Below are positions 7,525 to 17,096 of a stretch of DNA of 59,603 nt, piece after piece. The notes beneath the pieces are model-generated. The model did no database searches. It had not been told where the DNA came from and saw only the letters and a program-made list of their open reading frames with translations. Every line of letters begins with the position of its first letter. Position 1 is the stretch's first letter. Origin of the DNA: Clostridia bacterium. Lineage in GTDB: Bacteria > Bacillota > Clostridia > TANB77 > CAG-465. The DNA lies in contig JAZTYX010000045.1 in the NCBI GenBank assembly GCA_045637095.1, forward strand, positions 1 through 59,603. The letters run 5' to 3'. The position numbers were made by a program, and so were the translations under genes.

Positions 7525-8229
7525 TCACTTACCTCCTATAAGGATAAACGGGTCTGAAGTGATTGTAAGATGGATAGGATCTTCAGAAAGATACTGAATA
7601 ATCTTCTGCTCATCTGCATCGGAGTAATCCTCAATATACGGATAACTCTTAACCACATTCAGAACGCTTTGGATGTTAGGAAACGTTCTTTTAATAGGGA
7701 GTGGGTAAATAGCGATGGTGGCAAAGCCAGCATCTTTAAGAAGATTAGCGTAGAAATCTGCGTTCCTGGAACGAATGAGCCGTCCGGGAAATAATTTAGA
7801 AATCTCAACCAGTCCCTTATATTCACCATACTCTCTAAGGAAGAACTTCCCTGTGGGTGTGAGTACTCTGTAGAGTTCGTCTGCAGAGAAACGTGTAACA
7901 TTTTTTGCTGTAACCAAATCAAAAAAGCCGTCCTCGAAGGGGATGTGGTAGTTGTCGGCAAGGCGAATATCTATGCCTTCTAAACCTTTACCTGCATTTA
8001 CCATTTCAATTGAATTGTCTATTCCATACAACCGTACGGGAACTAAGGAGTTCGCTTTAATTAACTTGAGTACAAAACCGTTGCCAGTGCCAATGTCTAA
8101 AACCTTGCTATCTGCCGTAATGTTTTTAACAATATGCTCCAAAAAAACATCGTTAACATTTAACGAGTTTTTAGAAGCGTTATTATTCACATCGTCACGT
8201 AAATGCACAACATGTTCGGTGTAAAACAT
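7525..8229 (-). CDS. Class I SAM-dependent methyltransferase (Methyltransf_11-like), first gene of the operon
   Basis: VLDIGTGNGFV motif I, YGIDNS post-I, FDLVTAKNV. Non-host codon usage. Confidence 0.65.
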   Translation of the reverse strand: MFYTEHVVHLRDDVNNNASKNSLNVNDVFLEHIVKNITADSKVLDIGTGNGFVLKLIKANSLVPVRLYGIDNSIEMVNAGKGLEGIDIRLADNYHIPFEDGFFDLVTAKNVTRFSADELYRVLTPTGKFFLREYGEYKGLVEISKLFPGRLIRSRNADFYANLLKDAGFATIAIYPLPIKRTFPNIQSVLNVVKSYPYIEDYSDADEQKIIQYLSEDPIHLTITSDPFILIGGK

Positions 8230-8394
8230 AAATGTAGCCTCCTCTCATATTAATAATCGGAAACATTATATCACTTTTAACGCTTTATGTCAACTTTAAT
8301 AGCGACTAATACATATAAATAATAAGCATTAAAACGTTTGTTGCTATGATTAATTTTTTATGGTATAAATATAATCATAAAGAGGGTAAAAATT

Positions 8395-8997
8395 ATGAAA
8401 AAGAAAATAATATTTAGCATAGTGTTAACGCTTGTGCTTTTAATAAATATGTGTAGCATATTTGCTACTGCTATGTACGTGGTGCCAGAAGATTCAAGAG
8501 CAATAGCTCCTAAATATAATGTAACAAAAGGCGCTAATGGGATTTTTACAGGTAAAGAAACATTAACATTTTTAACAGATGGCGATGGCGTAGATTACAA
8601 AAGCATATATGTAGATCTTATTGAATTAGAATTAGGTGAAGACTATGTAATGGGTGGAGACAATGGACTGTTTAAGATAAAACCAGAGTTTCTAAAAACA
8701 TTAAAAGATGGTAAACATGAACTTATAATAATCTATGTAGATGGATACGCATTAACAACATTTACTACTAAAGGTGGAGATGGTACAGCTAAACCAACTG
8801 TTCAAGATGCGCCAACGACAGGAATTATTACAACTGGACCTAATAGTTCAGAAGTACCAATAGGTGCCCTTATTGGGCCAACAGAAGAACAAGCTACAGG
8901 AAAGAAAAGTGCAAATGTAATGTTATTACCAATAGTTATTTTTGTGTTAATAATAGTAGTACTTTGCATTAAGAAAAATGGGAAAAACAAAAAGTAA
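8395..8997 (+). CDS. Secreted, C-terminally membrane-anchored protein of unknown function
   Basis: Signal-like N-terminus MKKKIIFSIVLTLVLLINMCSIFATA. C-terminal TM plus basic tail LLPIVIFVLIIVVLCIKKNGKNKK. Confidence 0.5.
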   Translation: MKKKIIFSIVLTLVLLINMCSIFATAMYVVPEDSRAIAPKYNVTKGANGIFTGKETLTFLTDGDGVDYKSIYVDLIELELGEDYVMGGDNGLFKIKPEFLKTLKDGKHELIIIYVDGYALTTFTTKGGDGTAKPTVQDAPTTGIITTGPNSSEVPIGALIGPTEEQATGKKSANVMLLPIVIFVLIIVVLCIKKNGKNKK

Positions 8998-9021
8998 ATA
9001 TAGAGGGGAATAAGGGTATAT

Positions 9022-9894
9022 ATGTTTAAATTTGAATTAGACGTTCTTTTGTTTTTGCAAAATATAAGAACAGACATATTAAATGTGCTATTGCAAGGAA
9101 TAACAATGCTAGGCGAAGAAGTAGTTATGGTTTTAGTTATAGCAATATTATATTTCTGCATAGATAAGAAATTTGCACAAAAGCTATTTTTTGTAACAGT
9201 TTCATCAGCGGGTATAAATGGAATAATTAAGAATTTAGTAAGATTTCCAAGACCGTTTGCAACAGGCAAGATAATTTGCGTAAGAGAAGATACAGCGACT
9301 GGGTATTCATTTCCAAGTGGTCATACACAAACATTTGCTAGTATGAGCACAACGATTGCCAAAAAATTAAAAAAGCCGTTAGTTACATTTCTAGTTGGTA
9401 TATTAATAGTTTTAGTAGCATTTTCTAGAATGTATCTTGGAGCTCATTATCCAAGTGATGTAGTGGTAGGTGCAGTGTTAGGTGTAGTGCTAGCTTTAAT
9501 AGGGACAAGCCTTTTTGATAAAGTTGAAAACAAAAAAGTGTTATACTTAGCAACAATAATATTATTAACACCATTTGCTGTACTGTTTTTAATAAATCCA
9601 GATGAACATTTTGAAGATTTTTATAAAATATTTGGAATGTTAATAGGCTTTTTACTTGCAGTTATGTTTGAAGAAAAATATGCGCCTCTAGAATATAACG
9701 TCTCTTGGTGGAAAAAAGTATTAAGAGTAGTGCTTGGTGTTGGATTTGCGCTAGCAGTTAAAGAGGGCGTCAAATTACTTAATATATTTGATTCACTTAG
9801 AATGAACCTTGTGTTTGATGCATTTCGTTATGGATTATTAATATTTGTGGCATTAGGAATATGTCCGTGGATATTTAAGAAGTTAAAGATATAA
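9022..9894 (+). CDS. PAP2-family membrane phosphatase (undecaprenyl-diphosphatase-like)
   Basis: Three PAP2 motifs: KNLVRFPRP, PSGH, SRMYLGAHYPSD. Multiple TM segments. Confidence 0.8.
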   Translation: MFKFELDVLLFLQNIRTDILNVLLQGITMLGEEVVMVLVIAILYFCIDKKFAQKLFFVTVSSAGINGIIKNLVRFPRPFATGKIICVREDTATGYSFPSGHTQTFASMSTTIAKKLKKPLVTFLVGILIVLVAFSRMYLGAHYPSDVVVGAVLGVVLALIGTSLFDKVENKKVLYLATIILLTPFAVLFLINPDEHFEDFYKIFGMLIGFLLAVMFEEKYAPLEYNVSWWKKVLRVVLGVGFALAVKEGVKLLNIFDSLRMNLVFDAFRYGLLIFVALGICPWIFKKLKI

Positions 9895-9906
9895 TAGGAG
9901 GGTAAT

Positions 9907-11088
9907 ATGAATAAATCGGGTAATATAGCAACAATAATAGGATCTCTTTTTGGAATAGCAACAGGGGTATGTATGTTTTATATATTTTCTAACATGGGAA
10001 TATTAGAACATAGCATATATTTCTTTGCAATGCCAATATGTTTTTGCGTTGCAGGCATAATACCAATAATACGAATAATTATGACAAACAGCGTAAAAAA
10101 CAAAGATGTTGTTGTAGAAGAATTAGGAGAGAATATAAATTTTGAAGGAATATATACAGAACTTCAAGATAAACATGCTTATGAATTAGACAAAATAAGA
10201 AAAAGAGTATTTCCAGCAATAATACTTGTAACTATTTCTGTTATAGGATTAATTTTAATGGGCTTTTGGGTGGATAAAGTGGATAAAAACCCAATGCTTA
10301 TTTATGGAAAAGAGAATTTGTTAATAATTATACCAATAGTTATAGTAACACCATTCTTTGCAGCAGTATTTATGCTTTCATCAAGAAAAGGAGCTTATAC
10401 AAGAAAATATAAAGATTTATTAGTAGCAGATTTAGTGCAAAGGATAAATGGCTCTCTAAAATATGAGAGATATAACGGAGAAATTAATCACAGATTAATA
10501 GGGAAATATAGAGATTCAAATTTTGATAAATTAAAGTTCAATAGATGGGATGCAGAAGACGCTATACATGGAAATATTACAGACAACTTGCATTTGGAAC
10601 TTGCAGAACTTAGCATAGATCATGAGAGTGGTTCTAGAAAAAACAGGACAACGATAAATATATTTAAAGGTTTATTTGCTCGTGTGGAAAGAAAAGAGAA
10701 CTTTAATACTATAATTAAAGTATTAAATGATAAAAACAAAGCATCTGTAAGTAATCAAGACAATTTAAGCGAAGTGAAAATGGATAGCACGGAATTTGAA
10801 AATATGTTTAATGTGTACTCAAATAATCCTGTTGTAGCGATGAGGGTGCTAACAAGTGATATAATGGAAAAGATTATAGATTTTGAGAAAAGATTAAATA
10901 TACACTATGAACTATATATTTCAGGCGCAGAGATATATATGCGTTTGTTTACTAAAGAGTTATTTGAACCATCAATATTTAATAAAGATAAAGAAAAGAA
11001 GAATATGAGAATGTATTACGAAATATTAAATCTTGTGATAGATATGTCTAAAGAATTAGATAAGATTATATCTGAAGTCGAAGTTTAG
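9907..11088 (+). CDS. DUF3137-like membrane protein, paralogue 1
   Basis: N-terminal TM helices, then blocks shared with ORFs 11151, 15886 and 17097: IFKGLFARV, MDSTEFENMFNVYSNN..VAMRVLTSDIMEKI, IYMRLFTKELFEPSIF. Confidence 0.55.
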   Translation: MNKSGNIATIIGSLFGIATGVCMFYIFSNMGILEHSIYFFAMPICFCVAGIIPIIRIIMTNSVKNKDVVVEELGENINFEGIYTELQDKHAYELDKIRKRVFPAIILVTISVIGLILMGFWVDKVDKNPMLIYGKENLLIIIPIVIVTPFFAAVFMLSSRKGAYTRKYKDLLVADLVQRINGSLKYERYNGEINHRLIGKYRDSNFDKLKFNRWDAEDAIHGNITDNLHLELAELSIDHESGSRKNRTTINIFKGLFARVERKENFNTIIKVLNDKNKASVSNQDNLSEVKMDSTEFENMFNVYSNNPVVAMRVLTSDIMEKIIDFEKRLNIHYELYISGAEIYMRLFTKELFEPSIFNKDKEKKNMRMYYEILNLVIDMSKELDKIISEVEV

Positions 11089-11150
11089 TTATAGACAAAA
11101 AACAACAAAATGTGATAGTATCTTTTTAGATATATAAAGGAGATAAACAT

Positions 11151-12194
11151 ATGAAAAAAGAAGATAATGAATTTGAATTAATATACACAGATATTCGCAG
11201 AAAATATCAAGATAAATTTGATAAATGGAATAAGGATATTAAATTGTCAAAAATATTATACGCCGCGTTGGTAGCTTTTCTTTTAGTAGTTGTGTTAATA
11301 TTATTTGTAACACCATTTAAAACTTTATTAGCTACAAATAAAGGTACTTTTTATGCAACAATAATTGCAATTGTAGTGGTTGCGGTTGTGATAGTGGCAT
11401 ATGCATCTTCGTTAAGAAGTAGATATAAAAAAGAATATAAAGCTACTGTTGTAACGGATTTGGTAAATAGAACAAATAGCAATTTTGCGTTTAGTGAGAA
11501 ATGTGCAGATAATGGTGCGGGACTTAAGAATGCATATGAAGATGCGGGATTAGACAGACTTTCTCTAATGGGATTAGGTCAAATACTTTCTGGTGTTAGA
11601 AGAAGTATGGAAGTACAAACTCATAACTATATCGAAGGTACTACACAAACAAACATTATGACAAGAATGTCTGAAGTTGCTGTATATGATGTGAAGAAAA
11701 TAACAAGAGTAGAAAACGGAAGCGTTTCACAAAGCACAGAAAGAAAAAATATATTTGATGGTTTCTTTGCACATGTAAGTATTCCTACTGCTGTGCCAGT
11801 AGATTTTAGTGTGTTTACAAATGATCCAACTCCAAGAGATTACTATAATGACGATGTTAGAACTAACAAAGGCGGACAAAGAGTGTCTATGGGAAATTTA
11901 GAGAGTTGGAGAGGTTTATGTGTGTATTCTGAACAGCCTGAAAAACTTGAAACTTATGCTACTGAAGAAATGGGAAGAATAATTAGAGACATGGATAAAA
12001 AATCTCTTATAAAAACAGATATTGCACTAAAAGGAAACAACATATATATAAGATTACATCAACATTCATTCATTAATCCAGATTTAAAAGATGAAAATAA
12101 GAATAAAGCTAAATTAAAAGCATGCTATGATATGTTAAACTTTATAGAAGAATTTGCAATAGAAGTAAATGAGACAAATAAGGCTAAAAAATAA
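11151..12194 (+). CDS. DUF3137-like membrane protein, paralogue 2 (most divergent)
   Basis: Same architecture (2 TM plus C-domain). Shares YKKEYKATVVTDLV, IFDGFFAHV and IYIRLHQHSFINPDL with the other three. Confidence 0.45.
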   Translation: MKKEDNEFELIYTDIRRKYQDKFDKWNKDIKLSKILYAALVAFLLVVVLILFVTPFKTLLATNKGTFYATIIAIVVVAVVIVAYASSLRSRYKKEYKATVVTDLVNRTNSNFAFSEKCADNGAGLKNAYEDAGLDRLSLMGLGQILSGVRRSMEVQTHNYIEGTTQTNIMTRMSEVAVYDVKKITRVENGSVSQSTERKNIFDGFFAHVSIPTAVPVDFSVFTNDPTPRDYYNDDVRTNKGGQRVSMGNLESWRGLCVYSEQPEKLETYATEEMGRIIRDMDKKSLIKTDIALKGNNIYIRLHQHSFINPDLKDENKNKAKLKACYDMLNFIEEFAIEVNETNKAKK

Positions 12195-12200
12195 ATAAGA

Positions 12201-12235
12201 AAAAGCTGATGAATATATAATTCATCAGCTTTTTG
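12201..12235. terminator. Bidirectional hairpin aaagctgatgaat/attcatcagcttt
   Basis: 13-bp perfect stem flanked by an A-run and a T-run, between convergent genes. Confidence 0.7.
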
Positions 12236-12237
12236 TG

Positions 12238-12657
12238 TTACAGATACTTCACAACAGAAGTAGGATAGATAATTTCCTTACCAGACTTAAGGTCTTCAAG
12301 GTCTACCCAGCGAATAGGGTAAGCAGTATCTCCTTCTTCATAGTAAACTTCCTTGTAATCTTTTTCATCAAGAGTTACTCTGTAAAGGAAGATAAGCTCA
12401 TGGCCTTGCTTGCCATCAAATGTGAAGATGTTTTCATCTACACCAAGGAACTCGCCAACTGTTACATTGGCTCCAATTTCCTCCATGAATTCTCTTTTAA
12501 GAGTTTCGTTACTCTTTTCTAAGAATTCGATTCCGCCGCCAATGGCGCGCCAGAAATGAATGCCTTTAACTTTGTCAAAGCCTTCGCTTGCCAAAACCTT
12601 GCCGTCACGCACTACTATTCCAAGTGCAATTGGTCTAATACCTCTGAATTTATCCAT
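12238..12657 (-). CDS. NUDIX hydrolase, non-host codon usage
   Basis: Nudix box GGGIEFLEKSNETLKREFMEEIG. C/G-ending codons (AAG, GAC, CTC, TTC), unlike the flanking genes. Confidence 0.8.
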   Translation of the reverse strand: MDKFRGIRPIALGIVVRDGKVLASEGFDKVKGIHFWRAIGGGIEFLEKSNETLKREFMEEIGANVTVGEFLGVDENIFTFDGKQGHELIFLYRVTLDEKDYKEVYYEEGDTAYPIRWVDLEDLKSGKEIIYPTSVVKYL

Positions 12658-12761
12658 AAGACACCTCCGTTTTAAATTAACGAAAACATTATACCATAGG
12701 AGACATAAAAAAGCAAATTGGAGTACATATGAATTTTTCTTTAATAAAGTTCACAAACTAT

Positions 12762-12789
12762 TTGCAAAAATATTCTTTAATGATATAAT
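12762..12789 (+). promoter_or_regulatory. Sigma-A-type promoter upstream of pflB
   Basis: TTGCAA (12762-12767), 16-nt spacer, TGaTATAAT extended -10 (TATAAT 12784-12789). Confidence 0.5.
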
Positions 12790-12836
12790 GAAAAATGTAA
12801 TATAATGAATATAATAACGAAAGGATGAGATGAGTA

Positions 12837-15071
12837 ATGAACTTTGAAGAATGGAAAAAATTTAAAGCCGGTAAATGGCAAGAAGAAATCGATGTAAGAA
12901 GCTTTATTCAACTAAACTATACACCTTATGAAGGAACAGATGAATTCCTTAAAGGACCAACAAATAGCACAATAAAACTATGGGATAAAGTGTTAGATTT
13001 ATACAAAAAAGAAAAAGAAAATGGTGGAGTGCTAGATGTAGATGTTAAAACAGTATCTACAATAACAGCACATAACGCAGGATATATAGACAAGAGATTA
13101 GAAAAAATAGTAGGTCTTCAAACAGACAAACCATTAAAAAGAGCAATTATGCCTTTTGGTGGAGTAAGAATAGTAGAAAAATCTTGTGAAGCTTACGATA
13201 GACAAATGGATCCTAAAGTATCTGAAATATTCCACACAATAAGAAGAACACATAACGATGGAGTATTTAGTGTATATACACCAGATATACGTGCAGCAAG
13301 AAGCTCACACTTAATAACTGGTCTTCCAGATGGTTATGGCCGTGGAAGAATTATAGGAGACTACAGAAGAGTAGCTCTTTATGGTATAGATGCGTTAATA
13401 GCAGATAAGAAGAAATCTTTAGAAGCGTTAGATAGAAGAGATTTTGATGAAAATATATTAAGAGCTCGTGAAGAGACTTATGATCAAATCCAAGCTTTAG
13501 GTGAACTTAAAGAAATGGCAGCTAAATATGATTTAGATATATCTAAACCTGCTGCAAACGCTAAAGAAGCTGTTCAATGGACATACTTTGGATACCTAGC
13601 AGCAATAAAAGACCAAAATGGTGCTGCAATGAGTATTGGTAGAATAAGCACATTCTTAGATATATACATTGAAAAAGATTTAGCAGAAGGAACTTTAACA
13701 GAAGAAGAAGCACAAGAATTAATAGATCATCTTGTTATGAAATTAAGACTTGTTAGATTCTTAAGAACACCAGAATACAATGAACTATTTAGTGGAGATC
13801 CAGTATGGGTAACTGAAAGTATTGGTGGTATGGGTATAGATGGTAGAACATTAGTAACTAAAAACTCGTTTAGAATACTACATACACTATCTAACTTAGG
13901 ACCTGCACCAGAACCAAACTTAACTGTATTATGGTCAAATAATTTACCAAGAGGATTTAAGGAATATGCAACTAAGATGTCTATAAAAACATCATCAATC
14001 CAATATGAAAATGATGACCTTATGAGAGGATTCTGGGGAGATGACTATGGTATAGCATGTTGTGTATCTGCAATGAGAATAGGTAAGCAAATGCAATTCT
14101 TTGGAGCTAGATGTAACCTTGCTAAAACACTACTTTATGCAATAAATGGTGGACGTGATGAGATATCTGGTAAACAAGTAGCACCTAAGTTTGAAGGTGT
14201 AACAACAGATTATTTATACTATGATGATGTACTTGCAAAATTCGATAACATGATGGATTATGTTGCAATGGTTTATGTTAAAGCATTAAATGCAATCCAC
14301 TATATGCATGATAAATATTCATATGAAAAAATAGAAATGGCGTTACATGATGATGAAATCTTAAGAACTATGGCTACTGGTATTGCAGGATTATCTGTTG
14401 TAGCAGACTCGTTATCTGCAATAAAATATGCTAAAGTTAAAGCAATAAGAAACGACCAAGGTTTAGTAACTAGCTACGAAATCGAAGGAGATTTCCCTAA
14501 ATACGGAAATGATGACGATAGAGTAGACTCAATAGCTGTAGATGTTCTAAAACGCTTTATGAATAAAGTAAGAAAGCAAAAAACATACAGAAATTCTAAA
14601 CCAACAATGTCTGTTCTTACAATAACATCAAATGTTGTTTATGGTAAAAACACTGGAGATACTCCAGATGGAAGAAAAGCAGGAGAACCATTTGGACCGG
14701 GTGCAAATCCAATGCATGGTAGAGATACAAATGGAGCACTTGCAGTTATGAACTCAATTGCAAAACTTCCATACGAACATTCAGAAGATGGTATTTCATA
14801 TACATTCTCAATAACACCAAGTACGCTTGGAGATAGTGAGACTACACAAGTTTCAAACTTAATATCTATGCTTGATGGATATTTTGCAAGAACTGGGCAT
14901 CACATAAATGTTAACGTATTTAACAGAGAGCTATTAATAGATGCAATGAATCATCCGGAAAAATATCCACAACTAACAATAAGAGTTTCTGGATATGCAG
15001 TAAACTTTGTTAAATTAACTAAAGAACAACAATTAGATGTAATAAACAGAACAATACATGAAAAAATATAA
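12837..15071 (+). CDS. pflB: Formate C-acetyltransferase (pyruvate formate-lyase)
   Basis: 744 aa. Glycyl-radical motif RVSGYAVNF near the C-terminus, active-site region GIACCVSAM, overall PFL-like sequence. Confidence 0.95.
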   Translation: MNFEEWKKFKAGKWQEEIDVRSFIQLNYTPYEGTDEFLKGPTNSTIKLWDKVLDLYKKEKENGGVLDVDVKTVSTITAHNAGYIDKRLEKIVGLQTDKPLKRAIMPFGGVRIVEKSCEAYDRQMDPKVSEIFHTIRRTHNDGVFSVYTPDIRAARSSHLITGLPDGYGRGRIIGDYRRVALYGIDALIADKKKSLEALDRRDFDENILRAREETYDQIQALGELKEMAAKYDLDISKPAANAKEAVQWTYFGYLAAIKDQNGAAMSIGRISTFLDIYIEKDLAEGTLTEEEAQELIDHLVMKLRLVRFLRTPEYNELFSGDPVWVTESIGGMGIDGRTLVTKNSFRILHTLSNLGPAPEPNLTVLWSNNLPRGFKEYATKMSIKTSSIQYENDDLMRGFWGDDYGIACCVSAMRIGKQMQFFGARCNLAKTLLYAINGGRDEISGKQVAPKFEGVTTDYLYYDDVLAKFDNMMDYVAMVYVKALNAIHYMHDKYSYEKIEMALHDDEILRTMATGIAGLSVVADSLSAIKYAKVKAIRNDQGLVTSYEIEGDFPKYGNDDDRVDSIAVDVLKRFMNKVRKQKTYRNSKPTMSVLTITSNVVYGKNTGDTPDGRKAGEPFGPGANPMHGRDTNGALAVMNSIAKLPYEHSEDGISYTFSITPSTLGDSETTQVSNLISMLDGYFARTGHHINVNVFNRELLIDAMNHPEKYPQLTIRVSGYAVNFVKLTKEQQLDVINRTIHEKI

Positions 15072-15079
15072 GGAGTAAT

Positions 15080-15796
15080 ATGGAAAAAGTAACGGGGAGA
15101 ATACATTCCTTTGAAAGCTTTAGTACAGTAGACGGCCCTGGGGTAAGATATGTTATCTTTCTCCAAGGCTGTCCTTTAAGGTGTAAGTATTGTCACAATA
15201 GAGATACTAGAGATGTACATTTAGGAGAAGTACACGATAGTGAAGCTATTGTAGAAAAAATACTTAATTACAGAGAATATATGGGAGAAAACGGTGGAGT
15301 TACTGTAAGTGGTGGCGAACCGCTTCTTCAAATGGACTTTGTAATAGACCTATTTAAGAGACTTAAGGCTGAAGGAATACACACAGCAATTGATACATCT
15401 GGATTTGTAGATGTAGATAAATTAAAGGATTTACTAGATTACACAGATTTAGTAATTCTAGATTTAAAAGAAATGGATAATGATACGCATAAAGATTTAA
15501 TTGGAGTGGATAACAAAAAGATATTAGAATTTGCAAAACACATTTCGGATAAAGGTGTACCTATGTGGATTAGACATGTTCTTGTACCCACAATAACAGA
15601 TAAGGAAGAACATTTACTTAAACTTAAAGAATTTGTTTCTACACTTAAAAACATAGAAAAAGTAGAGGTGTTAGGATACCATACTTTAGGCAGCGAAAAG
15701 TGGGAAATGATAGGAGATAAGTTTATGTTAGAAGGAATTCCTGAAGCAAGCGCAGATGATGTAAAAAAAGCAGAACAAATACTTGGAATTAAATAA
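15080..15796 (+). CDS. pflA: Pyruvate formate-lyase activating enzyme (radical SAM)
   Basis: CPLRCKYCHN (CX3CX2C) and GGVTVSGGEPL. Lies immediately downstream of pflB. Confidence 0.95.
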   Translation: MEKVTGRIHSFESFSTVDGPGVRYVIFLQGCPLRCKYCHNRDTRDVHLGEVHDSEAIVEKILNYREYMGENGGVTVSGGEPLLQMDFVIDLFKRLKAEGIHTAIDTSGFVDVDKLKDLLDYTDLVILDLKEMDNDTHKDLIGVDNKKILEFAKHISDKGVPMWIRHVLVPTITDKEEHLLKLKEFVSTLKNIEKVEVLGYHTLGSEKWEMIGDKFMLEGIPEASADDVKKAEQILGIK

Positions 15797-15829
15797 AGAA
15801 TGGAAATAAATCCATTCTTTTTCTTTTTA
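15797..15829 (+). terminator. Rho-independent terminator after pflA
   Basis: agaatgga/tccattct stem followed by a T-run. Confidence 0.6.
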
Positions 15830-15885
15830 TGTACTACTGTACAATTTTTTTGTTATGTGATATGATTTTTTAGAGGTGTAAAAGG

Positions 15886-17070
15886 ATGCATCGTAAGATG
15901 GAGTCGAAAATCGGGGAAAAGATGATTTTATCTTTAGCAATAGCGGCTGCTGTTGCTGAGTTAATAAATGTAAGCAAGAATGTATTGGCGGACAAACCAA
16001 TAATTAATATGATTAGCATAATATGTATTTTAGTATTTGGGGGATATGGCTGGTACAAACTTGTTGTTGAAAGAGGTATAAAACAGTACAACTTAAAGAT
16101 AGAATCGACACAAAACAGAATAAAAACAATAGATTTTGATAAAACATATAAAAAATTAACAGCTGAACATAGAGATTATTTAGAAAAGAAAAGACTTGCT
16201 ATAAAAGATAGATTGGTTATTAGACATGTAAGCATGTTAGTAATTCTAATATGCGTTATATTAGGATTGTTGGGTTTGTTAAAAGGCAATTTAGTAGCTG
16301 GTATGGATTTTTTACCGTTAGGATTACTAGGAGCTTTAGTTTTCTTTGCTACGTTATTAAATGGTCATAACAAGGAATTAGAATATAAAGCAGCATATAA
16401 ATTAAGAGTGGTTTCTAATTTGTTAAAAGAAATTAATTCTAATTTAAGATACAGACTGGCAGATAAAGAAGACGAGAAATTCTTTAGAGAATATGTACCA
16501 GCAAATTTTGGATTAGTAGAGCATACACATGTGGATTATGTGGATAAAATCGAAGGCAAAATAGGAGAAAATGTACTAGACATATTAGAAATAATATTAG
16601 AGGCGGAAATTAAAGATGAAAACGGAAGCAATATTAATCTAAGAGTGTTTAATGGAATGTTCGCTAAAGTTCAAACATCAAAAGAAGGAAATTTCAAATT
16701 AAAAGTGTCTTCGGTTGGAGTGCCAACTAGAGCGGATATATATGAAGCTGGTTGTGAAAAAATAAAAATGGACAACTCTGTCTTTATGGATAATTTTGTA
16801 GTAGAAACAAATGAAAAGGTTTTAGCAGCAAGAATATTAACAAGCGATGTAATGACAATGCTTTTAGATTATAAGAAAAAGTACGGAATAGATTTAGATA
16901 TGGCAATAAAAGATGGAGCAATATACTTCCTGTTCTATACGGGAGATTTATTTGAACCGAATGTGTTCAAAGATTCAATGCATAGAGAAACTTTACTTGT
17001 AGATTATTCTACATTAAAAGTGACAATAGAACTTATGCAAAAGATGGAAGCAATAGTAACTGAATTGTAG
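15886..17070 (+). CDS. DUF3137-like membrane protein, paralogue 3
   Basis: TM helices plus shared blocks VFNGMFAKV, MDNSVFMDNFVVETNEKVLAARILTSDVMTML, IYFLFYTGDLFEPNVF. Confidence 0.55.
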   Translation: MHRKMESKIGEKMILSLAIAAAVAELINVSKNVLADKPIINMISIICILVFGGYGWYKLVVERGIKQYNLKIESTQNRIKTIDFDKTYKKLTAEHRDYLEKKRLAIKDRLVIRHVSMLVILICVILGLLGLLKGNLVAGMDFLPLGLLGALVFFATLLNGHNKELEYKAAYKLRVVSNLLKEINSNLRYRLADKEDEKFFREYVPANFGLVEHTHVDYVDKIEGKIGENVLDILEIILEAEIKDENGSNINLRVFNGMFAKVQTSKEGNFKLKVSSVGVPTRADIYEAGCEKIKMDNSVFMDNFVVETNEKVLAARILTSDVMTMLLDYKKKYGIDLDMAIKDGAIYFLFYTGDLFEPNVFKDSMHRETLLVDYSTLKVTIELMQKMEAIVTEL

Positions 17071-17096
17071 TTATAATTTGTATATAGGAGGAACAT

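Noticed and set aside
11110-11135. Palindrome agtatctttttagatat resembling the GTATCT/AGATAC operator candidates at 1034-1094
   Set aside because: It is an AT-rich 6-7-bp stem that could equally be a weak terminator after ORF 9907-11088. A single occurrence 10 kb away from the HTH-Fic gene is too likely to be chance.
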